From: an uncultured Chloroflexia bacterium
GTDB taxonomy: Bacteria > Chloroflexota > Limnocylindria > Limnocylindrales > CSP1-4
Direction of reading: 5' to 3'
Length of the DNA: 64,000 bases
Assembly (NCBI GenBank): GCA_963719145.1
Contig: CAVRAX010000001.1
Location: forward strand, 71,544 to 135,543
Below, one piece after another: positions 1 to 10,052 of this stretch (position 1 is its first letter; the number at the start of each line of letters is the position of its first letter). The notes beneath the pieces were generated by a model. The model ran no database searches and was not told the DNA's origin. It saw only the letters and a list, made by a program, of their open reading frames with translations. Position numbers and translations under genes: made by a program.

Positions 1-2579
1 TCCTCCTTCGCGTACGAGTTCATGTCGCCGATCAGCAGGACGTCGCGGTCGCCGCTGCCGGTGGGGTCCGTCGCGAGCCAGTCGACCAATGCCTCGGCCG
101 CCATCGTCCGGGTGACGTTGCAGTTGCCCTGGCCGTCACCGGTGTCGGGGTCGCCGACGGCGTTGCAATCGGAGCCCTTCGACTTCAGGTGGTTCACGAC
201 GACCGTGAGTCGCCCGCCGCCCCCGGCGGCCTCGAACGTCTGGGCCAGCGACGGCCGGTTGAAGTCGTCGCGGAACCGGGCATCAACGTTGTGGTCGATG
301 ATGGCCGGCGAGCCGACCGGCGCGACCGCCGCCGGTCGGTAAACCAGGCCGACCTTGATCGCGTCGGTCCCGATCGTGCCGGTGTCGACGTAGGCATACG
401 TGCCGGCGCCGAGGTCGGCGTTGAGCCCGGCGACGATGTCCGCCAGCGACGCGGTGGCGTTGTTCTCGAGCTCCGTGAGCCCGACGATGTCGGCGTTCAG
501 GCCCTCGAGCGCCGCGAGGATCTTGGTCCGCTGGCGCTCGAGCTCGAAGGCGCTGTTCGCACCCCGGCAGTCGAGCCCGCCGCTCGGCCCGCAGATCGGG
601 GACCCGGTGTCGAGCGTCGTGAAGTAGTTCAGGACGTTCAGGCTCGCCACGCGAAGGTCGCCGCCGACCGTCGGCGGTGCCGCCGGGCGCGGGTTCGTGT
701 GGTCGAACTCGATCGGGCTGGCGTCGAAGACCGGCTGGACACGGTAGACGCCGAACCGGAAGTCCATCACGCCCGTGAGGCCGTCGAGGCTGTCGCCGAC
801 GCGGAGGGTGTTCGTGGCGCTCAGGCCGCCCTGGGGGTAGAGGGTCGGGTCGATGTTCTGCTGGTTGTCGCCGTCATCGAGCAGGATCCGGCTGCGGTCG
901 TTGAGGTCCTGGAGGGCGATCGCCGGCGCTCCGGGCGCGACGACGTTGGTCGGGTTGGCGAGCCGCCCCGCGGCTGACAGGGCGACCTCACCGAAGCGGG
1001 CCAGGGTGAAGACCTCGGTCACGGTGAGCTCCTGGTCGATCGAGATCCGCATGCCCTCGAAGGCTTCGAGGTCGTCGATCGAGGCGACCGGGAAGTCGAC
1101 ATCGGTGGCCGTCGGGAGCGGGTTGCCGGACGAGTCGATCGTGACGCCGGCGACCGAGCTGAGCTCGGTCAGGCCGCTGAACTCGGCGGCTGTTCCGCAG
1201 ACGGTCACGGCATCGCCGACGGCCACGTCCGGAGCAGTCGGGGCAAAGACGAAGATGCCCTCACTCGTTGCCGGATCCGCGTCAGCGTCGGAGTCCTCCT
1301 CCTGGACGTAGAAGCCGCCGAAGCCGCCGGGCTGCTGGTAGTCGCCGACGACGATGCCCTCGACGACCACGACGTCGCCGGCAAGCGGCGAGCTCGCGCC
1401 GTCGCCCTGGATCGCGTGGATGGGCGTCGCGGCGCTCGTGCACTGCGGCGGCGTGGCGCAGTCGTTCGCGGCGCCGGGAGTGGCCAGGTGGAACGACAGG
1501 TCGACGTTGTTCTGGTTCGTGTCAGCGCCGTCCGGGCAACGGGAGATCCCGGCACCGGTGAATGCCGAGTCATCCTCGAGGCCCGTCCCTGAGCCCTCGG
1601 TGTACGGCGCCGCCGTGTCGCCCTCGTAGCTCACGGCATCCACGAGCTCGGTGCCGTTCAGGAGGCCGACGGCATCGGGCGAGCCGTTCTGGATCAGGTT
1701 GGTGTCTGGGCTTACGTCGAGGTCACAGTTCGCGACCGTGGCGGCGTTGGCGCAGACGACGAAGTAGTCGCCGGCAGAGAGGGATTCGGCGGGCAGGGCG
1801 ATCGTGTCGTAGATTGCGCCGCCGTTGCCGTTGACAAGGACGACGCTCCAGCCGTCGAGATCGATGGTCGTGCTGCCGACGTTCTTGAGCTCGACGAACT
1901 CCGCTGTATCCGTGCTCGGCTGGTCGTAGTCGATCTCGTTGATGACGAGGCTGCCCGCGGTCGGGCAGTCGTTCGCCAGGCCGGGCGTCGCCGGCCGCAG
2001 GGTGAAGTCGGTAGCGTTCACGTCCGTGTCGGCGCCGTCCGGGCAACGCGACAGGCTGTCGGCGGCGTTCACCCCGTCGTCGACCAGGCCCGCGCCCGAC
2101 CCCTCCGTGTACGGCGCCCCGGTATCGCCCTCGTAGCTGAGGGCATCGACGACGGTCGCGCCGAAGCGCAGGCCGATGCCATCGGGCGCTCCGTTCTGGA
2201 TGAAGTTCGTGTCGGGACCGTCGTCGAGGTCACAGTTCGTGACCGTGACGGCGTTGGCACAGACAACGAAGTAGCCGCCGGCGGGCAGGGTCACCGACGG
2301 CAGCGCGATCGTGTCGTAGGCCACGGCCCCGCCGCCGTTGCCGTTGACCAGCTCGAGGGTGTAGCCGCTGAGGTCGAGAGCCGTCGGGCCGACATTCTTG
2401 AGCTCGACGAATTCGGCGGCGTCGGTTCCCGGCTGGTCGTAGTCGACCTCGTTGATGACCAGCGTCGTCGAGACGGCGGCGGCTGACGGGGCGAGGCCGA
2501 CGAGCCCGGCCACGAGCGCCGCGGCCGCGGCGGTCGCAAGGCGCGCGCGAACGGGCGAGCGCCGGATGGAGGTCTGGGA
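1..2579 (-). CDS. Secreted ExeM/NucH-family extracellular nuclease, partial (C-terminus runs off window start). It has a signal peptide, two lamin-tail domains (LTD) and an endonuclease/exonuclease/phosphatase (EEP) domain.
   Basis: Continuous minus-strand frame from a GTG at 2579 (RBS GGAGGG upstream) to position 1. It is absent from the ORF track only because it is incomplete. The N-terminus MSQTSIRRSPVRARLATAAAAALVAGLVGLAPSAAA is signal-like. There are two repeats of LVINE(V/I)DYDQPGTD.AEFVELKNVG...GNGG...YDTIALP...FVVCAN...NCDLD (LTD). Downstream, LRVASLNVLNYF...GLTELENN...VVVNHLKSKG matches the EEP nuclease fold of the ExeM/NucH family. Confidence 0.8.
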
Positions 2580-2736
2580 CACGATTGAACCCTCCACAGG
2601 TGGCTGTGGGAATGCCCACGGGTTTCGGCCCATCCTAGTCCCGGAAACTCCACCAGACCCCACCGAACCGTTGAGGACTGCACCGGAATCGTTGCGTCCG
2701 CGCAACACGAGTGGCGCCGCAGCCGTCCGGGTGTGG

Positions 2737-4422
2737 CTAGCCCTCGCCGAGCATCGGGACTCGGACGCCGCGCTCCCGAGCGACCTCGACCGCCCGGTCG
2801 TATCCGGCGTCGACGTGACGGAGGACGCCCATCGCCGGGTCCGTCGTCAGGACCCGCTCGAGCTTCTGCGCAGCGAGGTCTGTGCCATCCGCGACGACGA
2901 CCATGCCGGCGTGCTGCGAGTACCCGATCCCGACGCCGCCGCCGTGGTGGATGCTGACCCAGGTCGCGCCGGCAGCGGTGTTGACGAGGGCGTTGAGGAG
3001 CGGCCAGTCGGCGACCGCATCGGACCCGTCGAGCATCGCCTCGGTCTCGCGGTTGGGCGAGGCCACGGAGCCCGAGTCCAGGTGGTCCCGGCCGATGACG
3101 ATCGGGGCAGCGACCTCGCCCGTTCGGACCAGCTCGTTGAACGCCAGGCCGGCCTTCGACCGCTCGCCGTAGCCGAGCCAGCAGATCCGGGCCGGCAGGC
3201 CCTGGAACGGGACCCTGGCCTCGGCCATCTCGATCCAGCGCCGCAGGCCCGCATCCTCCGGGAAGAGCTCGAGGATCGCCCGGTCGGTCCGGAGGATGTC
3301 CTCGGGATCGCCGCTCAGGGCGGCCCAGCGGAACGGCCCGCGGCCCTCGCAGAACTGTGGCCGGATGAAGGCCGGCACGAAGCCCGGGTAGTCGAAGGCG
3401 TCCTCGACGCCGGCCTCGACCGCCATCGCCCGGAGGTTGTTGCCATAGTCGAAGACGACCGCGCCGGCCCGCAGGAACGACAGCATCGCCCGGACGTGGG
3501 CGCCCATCGCCCGGATCGACCGCCGGATGTACTCCTCGGGCTGGCTCGCGCGCAGGAGTAGCGCGTCGCCGAGCGCGATCTCGTCGGGCACGTAGCCGCC
3601 CAGTGGGTCATGGGCGGAGGTCTGGTCGGTGACGACGTCGAACTCCTCGCCGGCGGCGGCCCAGGCCGGCTCGATCTCGGCGGCGTTGCCGACGAGGGCG
3701 ATGCTCCGAGCCTCGCCGGCGGCCGCCCATGCCCGGGCCGTTGCCAGCGCCTCCGCCGGGTCCGCGGTGATGGCCTCCACGTAGCCGATGTCGAGGCGGC
3801 GCCGGGCCCGCTGCTCGTCGACCTCGATCGCCAGGCAAACGCCCTCGTTCATCGTCACCGCGAGGGGCTGCGCGCCGCCCATGCCGCCGAGCCCGGCCGT
3901 CAGCGTGACCCGGCCGCGCAGTGTTCCGCCGAAGTGCTGCCGGGCCAGCTCGGCGAACGTCTCGTAGGTGCCCTGGAGGATGCCCTGGGTGCCGATGTAG
4001 ATCCACGACCCGGCGGTCATCTGGCCGTACATCATGAGGCCCCGCCGTTCGAGGTCGCGGAAGTACTCCCAGGTGGCCCACTTCGCCACGAGGTTCGAGT
4101 TGGCGATGAGGACGCGAGGGGCCCACCCATGGGTCTGGAGCACGCCGACCGGCTTGCCGCTCTGAACGAGCAGTGTCTCGTCGTCGCCGAGGCGGCGGAG
4201 CTCGCGGACGATCGCGTCGAACGCGTCCCAGCTGCGGGCCGCCCGCCCTGTGCCGCCATAGACGACCAGGTTGTCGGGGTCCTCCGCAACCTCGGGATCG
4301 AGGTTGTTCATGAGCATCCGGAGGACGGCTTCCTGCTGCCAGCCGCGACACGAGATCTCGGTGCCGCGGGGGGCGCGGACCGGCCGGGCGCCTGGGAGAG
4401 GCTGACGAGCCTCGGTCACCAC
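2737..4422 (-). CDS. hutU: Urocanate hydratase (urocanase)
   Basis: 561 aa with full-length similarity to HutU, including conserved blocks [15 protein letters not shown] and [13 protein letters not shown]. Confidence 0.95.
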   Translation of the reverse strand: MVTEARQPLPGARPVRAPRGTEISCRGWQQEAVLRMLMNNLDPEVAEDPDNLVVYGGTGRAARSWDAFDAIVRELRRLGDDETLLVQSGKPVGVLQTHGWAPRVLIANSNLVAKWATWEYFRDLERRGLMMYGQMTAGSWIYIGTQGILQGTYETFAELARQHFGGTLRGRVTLTAGLGGMGGAQPLAVTMNEGVCLAIEVDEQRARRRLDIGYVEAITADPAEALATARAWAAAGEARSIALVGNAAEIEPAWAAAGEEFDVVTDQTSAHDPLGGYVPDEIALGDALLLRASQPEEYIRRSIRAMGAHVRAMLSFLRAGAVVFDYGNNLRAMAVEAGVEDAFDYPGFVPAFIRPQFCEGRGPFRWAALSGDPEDILRTDRAILELFPEDAGLRRWIEMAEARVPFQGLPARICWLGYGERSKAGLAFNELVRTGEVAAPIVIGRDHLDSGSVASPNRETEAMLDGSDAVADWPLLNALVNTAAGATWVSIHHGGGVGIGYSQHAGMVVVADGTDLAAQKLERVLTTDPAMGVLRHVDAGYDRAVEVARERGVRVPMLGEG

Positions 4423-4522
4423 GCCATCCTAGCCGGCGCGCCTGCGCCGGTCGATGCGGCCGGGCCGTGGTGGAGCGGACCGGACGCCGGGGTCGGGCGG
4501 CAAGGCCGCGTCGAGGCCATCT

Positions 4523-5161
4523 TCAGCCATTCTCGGGTCGCAGGCCTTCGAGCAGCTGCTCGCCAAGCCGCCGCTCGCCGGCGGCCGTCGCCGAGATGAG
4601 GATGCCCCGTTCCTCGAGCCAGACGTGGTACGTATGCACGCCGCCCTTGCACGTCCCGATGTACGCGGTCCGACCGTCGATCTCGGTCTCGGCATGGCCG
4701 GAGACGCCACCGGCCTGGGAGCAGGCCCCCTCGTCGAACGAGTCGCGCCAGTCCCTGAAGACCGCGGCGTCCATGGCGCCCGGAAGCAGGCGCACGACCG
4801 TGGCGTAGACGAACTCGCCGGACACCGGATCAATGGCCAGGCCGGCGGCGATCGCCGACGCCACCCGTCCGAGGAGAGGGTCGCCGAGCGACGCCGCTTC
4901 CGCTTCCGTGCTCTCCACGAGTGCCAGCCCGTCGACCGCCTCCGGGAGCACCTGGAGGAGCGCCGGGTCGATGTCCACAGGAGACCCCGAGGCCGGCGTC
5001 GGGGTCGAGACGCCGGGAGAGGCGGTCGGCTGGTTCGCTTCGGTCGCGGACGCCGACTGCGCCCCCGTCGGGCTTGGCGGCGCCGTGACGACAGCCGGGC
5101 CACAGGCCGCCGCAAGCGCGCCGGGGACCAGGAGCCAGAGTGGATTCGGGCGGCGGCTCAC
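4523..5161 (-). CDS. Hypothetical lipoprotein
   Basis: 212 aa with a signal peptide and lipobox-like LAAAC. It lies between hutU and the GNAT gene and overlaps the upstream gene by 4 nt. Confidence 0.55.
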   Translation of the reverse strand: MSRRPNPLWLLVPGALAAACGPAVVTAPPSPTGAQSASATEANQPTASPGVSTPTPASGSPVDIDPALLQVLPEAVDGLALVESTEAEAASLGDPLLGRVASAIAAGLAIDPVSGEFVYATVVRLLPGAMDAAVFRDWRDSFDEGACSQAGGVSGHAETEIDGRTAYIGTCKGGVHTYHVWLEERGILISATAAGERRLGEQLLEGLRPENG

Positions 5162-5916
5162 AGCTCCCGCCGGAGGACCGGGAAGCGATCGTCGTCGACG
5201 GCGACGGCGAACCGGCAGGCTTGCCAGAACTCGGGCGTCGCGGCGCTCGTCGCCTCGGGCTTGGTCCGGCGTTCGGGGTACGCCTCGACCGCAGCGAAGC
5301 CACGGCCGGCCAGGTCGTCACAGACCTCCTCGACGAGACGGATCGCGTGACCCTGCCCGCGGGCCTCGGGTGTCGTGGCGATACAGGTGATGACCGCCGG
5401 GAGCGGGGCTGCCGGGAGCTGGCGATAGAGCTCACGGAGGCGCTGCGCGCGGGGGTACGCGGACAGCGGGCCGAACTGGACGTAGCCAGCGGAGCGGCCA
5501 TCGACCTCCAGGACCTTGGCGTAGGTCCCGAAGACGCCGAGCCCGCGGCCGAGCAGCTGAAGCTTGCGCGGCTGGCCGGCCCCGATCGTCGGGCGCGTCT
5601 CGCGCCGCGGCGCGAACGGATTGTCGACGGACTCGTCGGCATCGGGACCGAAGGGGTTGGGCCTGGATCCGGTGCCCGATGCTGCGAACGGATTGAAGCC
5701 GGGGCCCGAGGTCGGCGCGAACGGATTCGCCGGCGGTCGCGGCGCGGGCGCCGGGGACGCGGACGGATCCCACCACGAGAGTCTCGCCGCCTTCGAGCCT
5801 CGGTCGGCGTCCTCCCAGTAGTCGCAGCTCCGATGGTCGAACCCCGGATCCGCGCACGGCGGGAGGCGGGCGAACCCCTCGGCGTCCCGGATGTCGATGA
5901 TCCGAACGCTGGGCAT
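5158..5916 (-). CDS. GNAT-family N-acetyltransferase with an internal Pro-rich insert carrying four NPF motifs
   Basis: The C-terminal acetyl-CoA-binding GNAT core (ARGQGHAIRLVEEVCDDLAGRGF) is split by a low-complexity NPF-repeat segment. It starts 3 nt after the hutH stop. Confidence 0.6.
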   Translation of the reverse strand: MPSVRIIDIRDAEGFARLPPCADPGFDHRSCDYWEDADRGSKAARLSWWDPSASPAPAPRPPANPFAPTSGPGFNPFAASGTGSRPNPFGPDADESVDNPFAPRRETRPTIGAGQPRKLQLLGRGLGVFGTYAKVLEVDGRSAGYVQFGPLSAYPRAQRLRELYRQLPAAPLPAVITCIATTPEARGQGHAIRLVEEVCDDLAGRGFAAVEAYPERRTKPEATSAATPEFWQACRFAVAVDDDRFPVLRREL

Positions 5917-5919
5917 CGG

Positions 5920-7620
5920 TCAGGCCGGCGCCCGGACGCCCGCGACCTGCGAGCTCGAGCCGTGCGGGCCCGCACCGGCGATCGACGCGAGAGCGCCATC
6001 GTGGACGAGCGCGACGACCGCGCTCACGTCGGGGCCCAGCTCGCGGTCGACATCGACGAACCGTGCGGCGGCGCGCACCCGGGCGTGGCCCTCGCGAACG
6101 CCGACACCGGCCTCCACCCCGGCGAGCGTGGCAAGCCGGAGATCGAGGGCCTGGGCAGCGCAGATGGCCTCGATGGCGAGGATCCGTTCGACGTGCTCCA
6201 GGACCGTCCAGGCATGGCGACCCGCGATGGGGCCCATCGACACATGGTCCTCCTGGTTGGCGCTCGTAGGGATCGAATCCGCGCTCGCCGGATGGGCGAG
6301 GACCTTGTTCTCGGAGGCCAGCGCGGCGGCCGTGTACTGGAGGAGCATCAGGCCGGAGTCCAGCCCCGACGCCGGCGCGAGGAATGCCGGGAGACCGCCG
6401 TTCAGCGCCGGATCCAGGAGCAGGGCGGTCCGGCGTTCGCTGATCGAGCCCAGCTCGGCGATGGCGAGCTTCGCGAAGTCGAGGGCGAGGGCGATCGGCT
6501 CGCCGTGGAAGTTGCCGCCGGAGATCACCAGGCCGCCACCGGTCGCGATGGTGCCGGCGTCGGCGACCCCGCCACCCGGGAAGACGAGCGGGTTGTCGGT
6601 GGCCGAGTTGAGCTCGATGTCGAGGACGCGCCGGAGGTGGTCGAGGGCGTCGCGGACCGCGCCGTGAACCTGGGGAATGCAGCGGAGCGAGTACGGATCC
6701 TGGACCTTGTGATGCGACCCATGGTGGGACGCCTGCAGGCCGGAGTCGGCGAGCAGGGCTCGAAGCTCGGCTGCCACGGCGACCTGGCCGGGGTGCGGTC
6801 GCGCCAGCTGGTAGGCCGCGGCGAAGGCGACGTCGGTACCCAGGAGCGCCTCGACGCTCATCGCCGCGACGGTGCTCGCCGTCCGGACGAGGCGGTCGGC
6901 ATCGGCCAGGAGGAGCGCCCCGAGAGCGGACATCAGCTGGGTCCCGTTGAGGAGCGCGAGGCCCTCCTTGGGGCCCAGGGTCAGCGGCTCCAGCCCCACT
7001 TCGCGGAGGGCGACGAGGGCCGGCACGATCTGGCCGCCCAGCTCCACCGTCCCGCGGCCGATCAGCGGCAGGGCGAGATGGGCGAGAGGGGCGAGGTCCC
7101 CCGACGCGCCGACCGACCCCTGCGCCGGCACGACCGGATGGACACCGAGGCGCAGGAATTCGAGGAGACGATCCACCACCAGCGGACGAGCCCCGGAGTG
7201 GCCGAGGGCCAGGGTGTTCGCCCGGAGCAGGAGCATCGCCCGAACGACGTCCCGCGGCAGCGGCCCGCCGACGCCGACGGCGTGGCTCCTGAGGAGGTTC
7301 TCCTGGAGCCGCTCCACGTCCCCCATCGCGATCGAGCGATCGGCGAGGGCCCCGAACCCGGTCGTCACGCCGTACACGACGGCCCCCTCGGCGACCAGCC
7401 GATCGATGACCGCCCGCGCCTCCTCCATCCGCGCCCGCGCGTGGACGTCCAGGGCCGCGGCGGCCCCGCGTCGTGCGACCGCCTCGACATCGCCGATCGT
7501 CAGGTCGGCACCGGTGAGGACGATCGTGTCGCCGGCAGCCGGCGAGGGCGCGCGCTGCGGCACGAAGTGGGGGTCGGTCACGCGGGCAGGATAGTCGGCT
7601 ATGCTCCCCGGCGTCCCCAC
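5920..7620 (-). CDS. hutH: Histidine ammonia-lyase
   Basis: The catalytic-region motif GSVGASGDL is present, with overall HAL/PAL-family similarity. The track start at 7620 (GTG) overlaps the divergent DedA ORF. The true start may be an internal GTG near 7563. Confidence 0.9.
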   Translation of the reverse strand: MGTPGSIADYPARVTDPHFVPQRAPSPAAGDTIVLTGADLTIGDVEAVARRGAAAALDVHARARMEEARAVIDRLVAEGAVVYGVTTGFGALADRSIAMGDVERLQENLLRSHAVGVGGPLPRDVVRAMLLLRANTLALGHSGARPLVVDRLLEFLRLGVHPVVPAQGSVGASGDLAPLAHLALPLIGRGTVELGGQIVPALVALREVGLEPLTLGPKEGLALLNGTQLMSALGALLLADADRLVRTASTVAAMSVEALLGTDVAFAAAYQLARPHPGQVAVAAELRALLADSGLQASHHGSHHKVQDPYSLRCIPQVHGAVRDALDHLRRVLDIELNSATDNPLVFPGGGVADAGTIATGGGLVISGGNFHGEPIALALDFAKLAIAELGSISERRTALLLDPALNGGLPAFLAPASGLDSGLMLLQYTAAALASENKVLAHPASADSIPTSANQEDHVSMGPIAGRHAWTVLEHVERILAIEAICAAQALDLRLATLAGVEAGVGVREGHARVRAAARFVDVDRELGPDVSAVVALVHDGALASIAGAGPHGSSSQVAGVRAPA

Positions 7621-7687
7621 CCTGCCGGTCCCGCCGGCCGGTCAGACGAAAGCGCCGTCCGACACTCCGCCACGCCCGAGGAGGCCC

Positions 7688-8344
7688 GTGCTCGCGTTCA
7701 TCGACCAGATCGTCATCCCCTTCCTGAACACCCTCTACGGGGCCGCCGGCTACCTGGGCGTGGGGATTGCGATGACGATCGAATCGGCGATGATCCCGCT
7801 GCCCTCGGAGCTGATCCTTCCATACGCCGGGTTCCTCGTCTCGGACCCGGCCTCGGTCGAACCGTTGACCGGCGGCTCGTGGAGCTTCTGGGTCGTGGTC
7901 GTCGTCGCCACCATCGGCAACACCACCGGCTCGCTGCTCGCGTATGCGATCGGGGCCTGGGGCGGTCGCCCCTTCCTCGAGCGGTGGGGCCGATTCCTCC
8001 TGATCCGCCCCCACGAGATCGAGCTGGCCGAGCGCTACTTCGAGAAGTACGGCCCCGCGACGACGTTCTTCAGCCGGCTCCTGCCCGTGGTGCGCACGTT
8101 CATCTCGTTTCCCGCCGGGGTCGCCCGGATGCCGCTCGGCAAGTTCATCGCCTACTCGACGGCCGGGGCGATCCCGTGGTCGATCCTGCTGGTGTTCGCC
8201 GGGCGGCAGCTGGGTGCCAACTGGGTCGACATCCGCCACGCCCTCCAGCCGTTCGACCTGGCGATCGCCATCGGGGTCATCGCGCTCGTCATCCTCTTCA
8301 TCTGGTGGCGGCTGGGCATGCCCGGCCGGCCGCGGTCGACCTGA
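7688..8344 (+). CDS. DedA/SNARE-associated (TVP38/TMEM64) family membrane protein
   Basis: Contains the DedA signature (ESAMIPLPSE...GYLGV). I trimmed the start to the GTG at 7688, which is preceded by GAGGAGG. The track ORF began at 7601 and overlapped hutH. Confidence 0.8.
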   Translation: MLAFIDQIVIPFLNTLYGAAGYLGVGIAMTIESAMIPLPSELILPYAGFLVSDPASVEPLTGGSWSFWVVVVVATIGNTTGSLLAYAIGAWGGRPFLERWGRFLLIRPHEIELAERYFEKYGPATTFFSRLLPVVRTFISFPAGVARMPLGKFIAYSTAGAIPWSILLVFAGRQLGANWVDIRHALQPFDLAIAIGVIALVILFIWWRLGMPGRPRST

Positions 8345-8353
8345 CACCGGCCG

Positions 8354-9649
8354 CTATGGGGCGGCGCGACGGAGCGCCTCCTCGGGAGCCGGACGGGCCC
8401 GGAAGGCGACCCAGAGCGAGACGTCGTAGACGATCTTGAGCCCGCCGGCGATGAGGAAGGGCAGGCTGGCGAGGGCGGCGTTCGCAACGAGCGGCGCCGA
8501 GATGGCGGGCGATATCGCGGCGCCGGTCGTGCGGGCGATGCCGGTGACGCCCGCCGCCGCCGAGCGCTCGTCCGCATCGACCACGGCGATCACGTACGAC
8601 TGGCGGGTCGGGACGTCCATCTGGCTGAGGACGTAGCGGGCGAGGAGCACGCCGACGGCAAGCGGCAGCGTCGGCATGAGCGGCACGAGGATCAGAAGGA
8701 CGTTCGACGGCAGGTGGGTGAAGACCATCGTGTTCACGAGACCGATCCGGGCCGCGATCCGGGCCGCCGACAGCGACGAGACCGCCGCCAGCAGGTTGGC
8801 GCCGAAGAAGACCCCGCCGAGGACCGCCGGCTCGACCCCGAAGCGGAGGTGGAACCAGTAGGCCATGAGGCTCTGGGGGACGAAGCCGCCGGCGAACGCG
8901 TCGAGGGCGAACAGGGCCGAGAGCCGGGCCACGATCCCGCGCGAGCGGCCCAGACCGAGACGCCGGCCAGTCCCGGCCTCCGACTGGCTCGCCGGTGGCG
9001 CCTCGATCTCCGGCCCGACGCGGGCGAAGACCAGCGTCATCGCCGCGCCGACGACCACGTACCCGAGCACGATGACGCGGTAGGCGTCGACCGCATCAAC
9101 GCTGGCCCCGAGCAGCATCTGGCTCACCAGACCGGCGCCCAGCGCTCCGAAGGCAGTCGCGACGTAGCCGACGAGGTTGTACCAGGCGAAGGTCGGTGTC
9201 CGCCGGGCATCCGGCGTGATCTGGCTCAGGGCCGCCTGCTCGACGGCCAGGAACGGCCCCACCTCGTTGCCGGTCGGGCTGATCACGCCGATCGTCGCCG
9301 CGGCGACGAGGAGTGGCACCCAGCTGGTCGACGCGAACACCGTACCGGCGAGGACCATGAGCAGCGATCCGGCCACGAGGACGCGGCGCCGCCCGAGCCG
9401 ATCGGCGCTCGTCGTGAGCCACAGCGAGATCAGGGTGTCGCCGACCAGTGTCAGAGTCAGGATCGCGCCGATCATGACGGGGTCGATCCCCAGGCCGTCG
9501 AGGTACAGGACGAGGACGACCGCGAGAAAGCCGTAGCCGAACATCCGGAGAACCCGGGTTGCGAAGAGCAGCCGCCCGTCGGGGCCGAGCCCGCGCAGGC
9601 TGGCCACGAGCCCCGTGTCGATCGACGGCGCGGGCGCCGACAGGTGCAT
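8354..9649 (-). CDS. MFS transporter
   Basis: 431 aa with 12 predicted TM segments and an MFS motif-A-like region (TTSADRLGRRR). Confidence 0.85.
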   Translation of the reverse strand: MHLSAPAPSIDTGLVASLRGLGPDGRLLFATRVLRMFGYGFLAVVLVLYLDGLGIDPVMIGAILTLTLVGDTLISLWLTTSADRLGRRRVLVAGSLLMVLAGTVFASTSWVPLLVAAATIGVISPTGNEVGPFLAVEQAALSQITPDARRTPTFAWYNLVGYVATAFGALGAGLVSQMLLGASVDAVDAYRVIVLGYVVVGAAMTLVFARVGPEIEAPPASQSEAGTGRRLGLGRSRGIVARLSALFALDAFAGGFVPQSLMAYWFHLRFGVEPAVLGGVFFGANLLAAVSSLSAARIAARIGLVNTMVFTHLPSNVLLILVPLMPTLPLAVGVLLARYVLSQMDVPTRQSYVIAVVDADERSAAAGVTGIARTTGAAISPAISAPLVANAALASLPFLIAGGLKIVYDVSLWVAFRARPAPEEALRRAAP

Positions 9650-9704
9650 GAGGCGAGTCTACGTGGGAGACGTGTACGATCCTTTCGGAGGTGGCTTGGC
9701 CTCG

Positions 9705-9926
9705 ATGAGCACGACGACCCCCGGGACGCATGCCAGCGACGCACTGGCCGGCCCGCACGGCCAGGGCGATCACGGCGAGACGCACGGCCACGACGACCAC
9801 GCCCATGGCGACGGCGAGTCGCTCGGGCCGGTCGATGTCTTCGCCTGGGGCGCAGGTGCGCTGGGGATCGTCGCCGGGCTCGTTGTGGCCCTGGTGATGG
9901 CGGTGAGCGCGGGCTGGCTCGACTGA
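9705..9926 (+). CDS. Small His/Asp-rich membrane protein (possible metal-binding)
   Basis: A 73 aa ORF starting at an ATG preceded by GGAGG. It is His/Asp-rich (HGQGDHGETHGHDDHAHGDGE) with one C-terminal TM helix. It is divergent from the MFS gene. Confidence 0.4.
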   Translation: MSTTTPGTHASDALAGPHGQGDHGETHGHDDHAHGDGESLGPVDVFAWGAGALGIVAGLVVALVMAVSAGWLD

Positions 9927-10052
9927 TCACAGCCGGGGGCGAGCGCGCCGGGGGCGAGCTCAGCCGTGGGGGAGCTCAGCCGTGGGGCGAGCGCACCGGG
10001 GCGAGTGGCCGGGCGGCGCGACCGCAGGTGGGCGGGCCCGCGACCCGACGGC

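Noticed and set aside
5140-8439. 1099-aa plus-strand and 971-aa minus-strand ORFs (5432-8347)
   Set aside because: Both are low-complexity and overlap hutH, DedA and the GNAT gene, which have clear family signatures. Treated as artefacts.
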